DNA of 32,000 nucleotides from contig NC_009925.1 in assembly GCF_000018105.1 (NCBI RefSeq), forward strand, positions 1,500,001-1,532,000, read 5' to 3'. This document shows, piece after piece, positions 26,743-32,000 of the stretch. Under the pieces are notes generated by a model, which was not told where the DNA came from, did no database searches, and was given only the letters and a program-made list of their open reading frames with translations. Made by a program: the position numbers and the translations under genes. Within the stretch, counting starts at the first letter, position 1, and each line of letters begins with the position of its first letter. Source of the stretch: Acaryochloris marina MBIC11017. Its GTDB lineage: Bacteria; Cyanobacteriota; Cyanobacteriia; Thermosynechococcales; Thermosynechococcaceae.

Positions 26743-28530
26743 ATGTCGGAGTCTAAGAAATCCGCACTACTGATCGGGGTTAGTGAATATGGTGAGGGGT
26801 TAAACGCCCTCAGTGCTCCTCCAATGGATGTAGTAGCGATGAAGCAGGTGTTGGGAAATTCTGACCTTGGCGGTTTTAGCTCAGCCAATATTAAAGTCCT
26901 GATCAACCCTGATCTTGCTGAGATGCGCGAAAACATCGAGGATCTGTTTACACGATCGTCTAAGCAAGATTTAGTGCTGCTCTACTTCTCAGGTCATGGA
27001 ATTACTGATGATAACAACCGCCTCTACCTCACATCACGGAACACATCTAAAATACGCTATCGTTCCCGGTCAGTACCTGCCAGCTTCATCCAAAATTTAT
27101 CAGATGATACTCATGCAAAGCGACAGGTGATTATTCTTGACTGTTGTTATAGCGGGGCGTTTGCCGAAGGGTGGCAGAGAAAGGGCAATGCCAAGGTCGA
27201 GCTAGAGCGTGAACTAGGCAAAGAGGGGCGCGTGGTGCTGACTTCGTCATCATCCACTCAGGTATCCTTTCAACAAGAAGATGCAGAGCTATCACTTTAT
27301 ACACAATATCTTATAGAAGGTATTGAGGTAGGTGCTGCAGATGAAGACCAAGATGGCATCGTAACGGTGCGAGAATTGCACAACTATGCCAAGAAAAAGG
27401 TACAAGCAGTCAAGCCTAATATGAAACCCGACATCATCGTGGCAAATGACGAGGGCTATGACATTTTCTTAAGCAAGGTCAAAATTGACGCCGAATCAAA
27501 GTTTAGAACGCTAGTCGAAAACTATATCAACCATGAACTAGGCGAAATCCATAGCCATCGCTCACAAGAAATTTTAGATAAACACGCTAGAGTGCTGGGT
27601 CTTGCGGTTGGTCACAGTCAAGCGATTATTGCAAGCGTGTTAGAACCTACTCGTCGCCGCCTCAAAAATCTGGAGCGTTATCGCCAGGAGTATGAAGCTG
27701 AAGTTCAAAAGCATTATCCACTCAGCGAGGCAACGCTAACAGAAATGAAAGACTGGCAACAAGAAATCTTAGGCCTAGCAGATGGAGATGTTGCCAAGAT
27801 TCAAAATGAAGTTAATTCTGCTAAAGAAAGTCAAATTGCAAAACCAAAGCAAGATTTAGAACTTCGGCGTGCTAAAGCAGAGCATCAGCATCAAGCAATT
27901 GAGCAACAAGAAGAACAACTGAAACGAGAAAGGCCGGAAACTGAAGCCCAGTTCCAGCAAAAAGAGCCTGAACTAGAACAACAAATGGCACTTGAGCAGC
28001 AAAAGCAAACCATGTCAGGCCTAGAAGAGAATGGCCAGGATGACCTAAGTTCAGAACGATTTAGGGGCAAATATCTCGCCAAGCTGCGCGACCTGTTAGT
28101 AGCTAAAGACTGGAAAGCTGCTGATCAGGAAACTGCCGAGCGTATGAAAGAAGTAATGGGTGAAACTCTAGACGAAAAAATTATTCGGCGATTTCCCTGT
28201 AGGGATTTACTCAACATTGATCGCCTGTGGATGAAATATAGTGGGGGAAAATTTGGTTTTACTGTCCAGCATGCAATTTGGGAGAGTTGTAATAAGGATT
28301 GGAACAAATTTGGTACTACAGTAAACTGGAGAGATCCGAATAGCTGGCCCAAAACCTTGAGTTGGTACATTGAAAGCAAATACACTTTTAGTAATAAAGC
28401 CGTTAAAGGTCATCTTCCAACGATGCGAGCTTTTTTTGTTTTTGGATTTGCGATTAAACTACAAAGTGTGGGCGAATGCGAGTTAGAATTCGCCGCCCTT
28501 ATGTCAAGGGTTAAAGACTGTAGCAAATAA
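26743..28530 (+). CDS. Orthocaspase (peptidase C14), coiled coil, and C-terminal GUN4 domain in one 595-aa protein
   Basis: ALLIGVSEYG...LLYFSGHG (His codon 26995..26997)...VIILDCCYSGAF (Cys codon 27145..27147). A Q/E-rich segment lies at about 27850..28045. C-terminal GUN4 signature: DWKAADQET...FPCRDLLNIDRLWMKYSGGKFGFTVQ...GHLP. The start is set at ATG 26743 (GGTGGAG upstream), not the track's GTG 26725. Confidence 0.85.
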   Translation: MSESKKSALLIGVSEYGEGLNALSAPPMDVVAMKQVLGNSDLGGFSSANIKVLINPDLAEMRENIEDLFTRSSKQDLVLLYFSGHGITDDNNRLYLTSRNTSKIRYRSRSVPASFIQNLSDDTHAKRQVIILDCCYSGAFAEGWQRKGNAKVELERELGKEGRVVLTSSSSTQVSFQQEDAELSLYTQYLIEGIEVGAADEDQDGIVTVRELHNYAKKKVQAVKPNMKPDIIVANDEGYDIFLSKVKIDAESKFRTLVENYINHELGEIHSHRSQEILDKHARVLGLAVGHSQAIIASVLEPTRRRLKNLERYRQEYEAEVQKHYPLSEATLTEMKDWQQEILGLADGDVAKIQNEVNSAKESQIAKPKQDLELRRAKAEHQHQAIEQQEEQLKRERPETEAQFQQKEPELEQQMALEQQKQTMSGLEENGQDDLSSERFRGKYLAKLRDLLVAKDWKAADQETAERMKEVMGETLDEKIIRRFPCRDLLNIDRLWMKYSGGKFGFTVQHAIWESCNKDWNKFGTTVNWRDPNSWPKTLSWYIESKYTFSNKAVKGHLPTMRAFFVFGFAIKLQSVGECELEFAALMSRVKDCSK

Positions 28531-28867
28531 GCGCTTCAGTGCAAATAAGTTTCATCTTAAATACAGTTGAAGCCTCGTAGTGAGTTTGACATCACTGTGT
28601 AGGTATACTCTAATGCAACTCCTAAATGCATCACCAATTGATTTTTTGGCACACTCTATGTTAGAAGGTCCTGGAAACATTTGAGCTGAATCCTAGCGAC
28701 GTCATGCTCACCACTAACGAAGATGGCTAGTATAATACAACGATTTTCTCCAGTAGACCTCTTGCAATATTCATTTCACGATGTGCTACCTACTCAATTT
28801 ATGCCGCAATCTAACTTGATTATTTTGCAATCTACCACATCGATAGCCGAATTGTGCAAGAGGTCTA

Positions 28868-30077
28868 GTGTTCAGTCAAGAAAAGACTGACAGGTATATT
28901 TTCTAGAATGAAATGGACGCATTCTAGGAGAACGTCATGGGTAAACGGTACATCGTCACTCTGAGTGAGCCAGAGCAACAGTATCTCAAGAATTTCACGT
29001 TCACGGGAAAACGAGGTGCTCGGCAAATCAATCATGCCCGCATTCTTCTGAAAGCGGATACTAACCAAACTCATGGTGGTTGCTGTGATCGAGAAATTCA
29101 TGAAGCGATAGGTGTCAGCATACGCACAATTGAGCGGGTGCGTATGCGATTTGTGGAAGAAGGCCTTGAAGCTGCTATCAATCAACGTTCTGGGGCAGGT
29201 CGAAAGCGAAAAATACAAGGAGAACAAGAAGCTCATCTGATTGCCTTACGCTGCAGTGAACCCCCCGTTGGTCATGCTCGCTGGACATTACGCTTACTCG
29301 CAGACCAGATGGTGGAATTAGGCTACATCGACCACCTCAGTCATGAGAGTGTCCGACAAACTCTAAAAAAAACGAGTTGCAGCCTTGGCGAAAGACCTGT
29401 TGGGTCATCCCCCCACAGCAGAATGCAGAATTTGTCTGGCGAATGGAGGAGCTCTTAACGGTTTATGAGCGTCCTTATGACTTGAGGAATCCTTTGATTT
29501 GTCTGGATGAAGCCACCAAGCAATTGGTTGAGGAAATCACTCTACCCATCGCGGCTCAACGTGGTCAACCCGAACGTGTTGACTATGAGTATGAACGTAA
29601 GGGCACAGCCAATCTCTTTATGTTGTGTGAGCCAATAGTAGGCACGCGATATGTGAAAGTAACTCAACGACGAACTGCCATTGACTATGCTCATCTACTC
29701 AAAGAATTAGTGGATGTGTTTTACCCTGAGGCCCACACCCTCACGCTGGTTCAAGACAATCTCAATATTCACTCCCCCTCCTCACTCTACAAAGCTTTTG
29801 AACCTGAAGAAGCCAGGAGACTTTTATCTCGGTTCGAATTTTTCTACACCCCCAAACATGGAAGCTGGCTCAATATGGCTGAGATTGAATTAAGTATCCT
29901 GTCTCGTCAATGTTTAGATCAACGCATTGCTGATTTTCCAACCTTACAAAAGCATGTGAGGGCTTGGAATGAGCACCGAAACCAAAAGGGAACATGGATT
30001 GACTGGCGGTTCACGACGCAAGATGCCAGGGTCAAATTACACAGACTTTACCCATCAATAAATCTTTGACGGAATAC
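28868..30077 (+). mobile_element. IS630-family insertion sequence, apparently intact (1210 bp)
   Basis: Terminal inverted repeats GTGTTCAGTCAA (28868..) and the reverse complement of 30066..30077, GTATTCCGTCAA (10 of 12 match). Flanked by TA at 28866..28867 and 30078..30079, the expected TA target duplication. Confidence 0.8.
28937..30069 (+). CDS. IS630-family DDE transposase made from two frames by a -1 shift at A_AAA_AAA (29365..29371)
   Basis: ORFA (HTH: ARILLKADTNQTH...IGVSIRTIERV) ends ...RQTLKK. The -1 frame continues NELQPWRKTCWVIPP...CLDEATK...LVQDNLNIHS...WLNMAEIE (D, D, E triad). AGGAG lies 6 nt before the ATG. Confidence 0.85.
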
Positions 30078-30159
30078 TAGTAGGTAATACGCAACTTTAG
30101 ACTAACCCAACTGTGATGGCATGAGAATCAGTAACAATAAAATATGGGCCAAGGAAGCG

Positions 30160-30450
30160 ATGGCAAACGTTGAAGCCGTGCAGGCGATCTTACGACGTTG
30201 GGACCCGATGGACCTGGCCCCCGGTGAATTTGCCCCGGCAGACGAGTACGATAGCTACGCCCCTCAGATTGTGTCGTTGGTTGCACAAGGATGTTCAGTC
30301 GAACAGATATTTGACCATCTGCAGAGATTGCGGTCCGGCATGGTTTGTATGAGAGAAAACCCCAAGCATGATAAAGAAATTGCCGGTGAGATAATTGCCA
30401 CATTGCGGGGAGACCTAGGAATGGACTTCAATCCATCAGTTAGCCAATGA
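30160..30450 (+). CDS. DUF1871-like small protein (hypothetical)
   Basis: VQAILRRWDPMDLAPGEFAPADEYDSYAPQIVSLV resembles the YugE/DUF1871 pattern (L..WDP......DEY). The ATG at 30160 has AAGGAA upstream. The track start is 30121. Confidence 0.5.
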   Translation: MANVEAVQAILRRWDPMDLAPGEFAPADEYDSYAPQIVSLVAQGCSVEQIFDHLQRLRSGMVCMRENPKHDKEIAGEIIATLRGDLGMDFNPSVSQ

Positions 30451-30525
30451 CTAAATGGTATGGTGCTGCCCTTAGGTCTTATCCATTCAGCAAACTACGG
30501 GGCTCAGTCTCTTATTAATCCAGCA

Positions 30526-30999
30526 CTATAAGAAACACCCTACAGGGGTTTTACATACCGAAGCATCTACCACTAGGTCTAACTGATCCAATAACGCTTG
30601 CGAACCTGCTGGTGCGTAGGGCGCTAGCAATCGCTCTAGGGTAAATCCCGTATAGGCCATCGTATTCAAACCTTCTGCTTTCAAACGCTTTGCCAGTAAA
30701 GCTAAAGCTGATGCTTGCCAAAAGGGTTCTCCTCCGGCAAAGGTCACCCCCTCATTCTTAGGATTGCGAACAATGGTTCGAAACATGCGATCAATCGATA
30801 TCAACTCATTGAGTTCAAAGGACCAAGATTGTGGATTTGCACAGTCAGAACAATGACGATGACAGCCTTGTAACCACACTACCGCCCGACAGCCTGGACC
30901 ATTCTCTTCCGATGCATCCCAATACCCCATAACGTTCAAATAACCGGGTGGCACTGCAATCAGGGATAGTAAAGGATCTATTTTCTGGGTGGTCTTCAT
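30526..30999 (-). CDS. NrdG-like radical SAM activating protein (anaerobic RNR activase family)
   Basis: NGPGCRAVVWLQGCHRHCSDCANPQSW (a CxxxCxxC cluster in the NrdG context), GVTFAGGEP, and YTGFTLERL. The C-terminus after LDLVVD looks short or divergent. Confidence 0.6.
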   Translation of the reverse strand: MKTTQKIDPLLSLIAVPPGYLNVMGYWDASEENGPGCRAVVWLQGCHRHCSDCANPQSWSFELNELISIDRMFRTIVRNPKNEGVTFAGGEPFWQASALALLAKRLKAEGLNTMAYTGFTLERLLAPYAPAGSQALLDQLDLVVDASVCKTPVGCFL

Positions 31000-31146
31000 G
31001 ATGTTTACTACCGTTATGACGGGTATCTAGGGTTGCGATCGCACCTATCGTTCCTTGCCTCAATCTCCAAAAGAGGGAAGGGCGACCCATACCAGCCGCC
31101 CCAAGCTGTTCATTCAGAGGAGATTGCAGCAACAGGAGTCAAAGTT

Positions 31147-31806
31147 TTAAGATTCAGCAATCAGAGTGGAACTATGAGGGCTGAGGTTAGCCTGCGCTTC
31201 TAGAGACTGGCAGGCCACCATGGTTTTCACATGTTCCATTTCATCGTCCCGAATATTGACAAACACGTCGTATAGGTTATCCACGGCAGGACGACGTTCT
31301 TCGGGAACACGAGCGGACTGGAACTCATCAAACATGTAGAGATCGCCATCGCGATAATAGCTAACGGCTATCTGGGGCGCAGGTTGACCTTTGAGTTCCT
31401 CGGCATGGTCATGCAGAAAAGAATTGTAGGTCTGAAAGGCTTCCTGCTCGACGAGTTCCATGAAATGATAGGCGGAACGGGGTGACACCACATACAGCGC
31501 CACAACAATCCAGTAGTACAGCAACGCCACATGGCGAGCGAGAAACCGATCAATCCACTTTTTATCTCCACCCAACGCTTCCATAATCAGCAGGTGGTGA
31601 AGTTCATTCCAAGACTCCGCAAAATGCACCTTCAGCCAATCAGCCCGTCGCCAAAACCCCAGAGTTTCATAGAAATGCAGCACCGATAGATAGGAAAAAT
31701 AGGGAATTCGAGCCACCGTTTCTAACACATAAAAACGCGGTATAGGACGATCTCGATAGACCGTTTTTAAAACAAAGACGAGCACACCAACCAGTAGTCG
31801 AATCAT
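31147..31806 (-). CDS. ptox: Plastoquinol terminal oxidase (alternative oxidase family di-iron protein)
   Basis: Di-iron ligand motifs in order: LETVARIPYF, ESWNELHHL (ExxH), LVEQEAF, DDEMEHV (ExxH). Confidence 0.85.
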   Translation of the reverse strand: MIRLLVGVLVFVLKTVYRDRPIPRFYVLETVARIPYFSYLSVLHFYETLGFWRRADWLKVHFAESWNELHHLLIMEALGGDKKWIDRFLARHVALLYYWIVVALYVVSPRSAYHFMELVEQEAFQTYNSFLHDHAEELKGQPAPQIAVSYYRDGDLYMFDEFQSARVPEERRPAVDNLYDVFVNIRDDEMEHVKTMVACQSLEAQANLSPHSSTLIAES

Positions 31807-31867
31807 GTCTAAGGGTTCCCTCTAGCTACTGCTTGCATCCTGACTGATCCCTCCTAGAGCGGCAAGA

Positions 31868-31900
31868 TAGTTACCTAAAGGTATACCTAGTTACCTAAAG
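31868..31900. promoter_or_regulatory. Two perfect 13-bp direct repeats (TAGTTACCTAAAG), 20 bp centre to centre, around the palindrome GGTATACC, upstream of PTOX
   Basis: Copies at 31868..31880 and 31888..31900. GGTATACC at 31880..31887. The repeats lie 62-94 nt upstream of the PTOX start codon (31806, minus strand). Confidence 0.5.
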
Positions 31901-32000
31901 TAAAAAGCTAGCGTCCGATCTATCCTTGACGGACTTCTGAACGAATTCTTAAATTTTGGATAATCTGTCCCCTATCCCTTGACGTCCCCTCTAGAACCGT

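Noticed and set aside
28865-29236. 123-aa minus-strand ORF
   Set aside because: It lies entirely antisense to the IS630 transposase ORFA and crosses the IS end.
30128-31132. ORFs 30128..30403 (-), 30170..30352 (+) and 30845..31132 (-)
   Set aside because: They overlap the DUF1871-like and NrdG-like genes in other frames or strands, with Arg/Pro/Ser-rich low-complexity translations.
31868-31900. Calling the PTOX upstream repeats a canonical RpaB HLR1 element
   Set aside because: The half-site core is similar (GTTACC versus TTACA), but the true repeats are 20 bp apart instead of 10. The intervening unit (GGTATACC) matches the half-site poorly.
1-32000. CRISPR arrays, rRNA, tRNA, large tandem repeats
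   Set aside because: I saw no regularly spaced direct repeats and no rRNA- or tRNA-like conserved blocks on either strand.

Overview
The window looks like a cyanobacterial chromosome segment. Evidence: nine copies of the HIP1 palindrome GCGATCGC, plus chlB, a plastoquinol terminal oxidase, a Delta-9 desaturase, a DUF1400 protein and a GUN4 domain. Most of it is ordinary core metabolism: hisA, murD, a zinc-dependent dehydrogenase, desC, a Met-gamma-lyase-family protein, nfu, gcvH, gcvT, a SAM methyltransferase, chlB and thrS. I found no rRNA, tRNA or CRISPR array. Two accessory patches interrupt the core. Patch 1 (about 3.2-8.1 kb) is a complete IS1380-family element with 13-bp terminal inverted repeats, a TTAG target duplication and an in-frame TAG in its transposase. 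It sits exactly at the stop codon of a GNAT gene and is followed by five small minus-strand orphan genes, part of them clearly AT-rich. Patch 2 (about 25.1-30.5 kb, between thrS and an NrdG-like/PTOX pair) holds a decayed IS1-family relic, a tightly coupled two-gene module, an intact IS630-family element with an A_AAA_AAA -1 frameshift site, and a DUF1871-like gene. The two-gene module is my top candidate for an uncharacterised biological-conflict system. It pairs a small EACC1-like protein with a 595-aa orthocaspase (intact His/Cys dyad), a coiled coil and a C-terminal GUN4 domain. All family assignments come from reading motifs in the translations. No database search was run.
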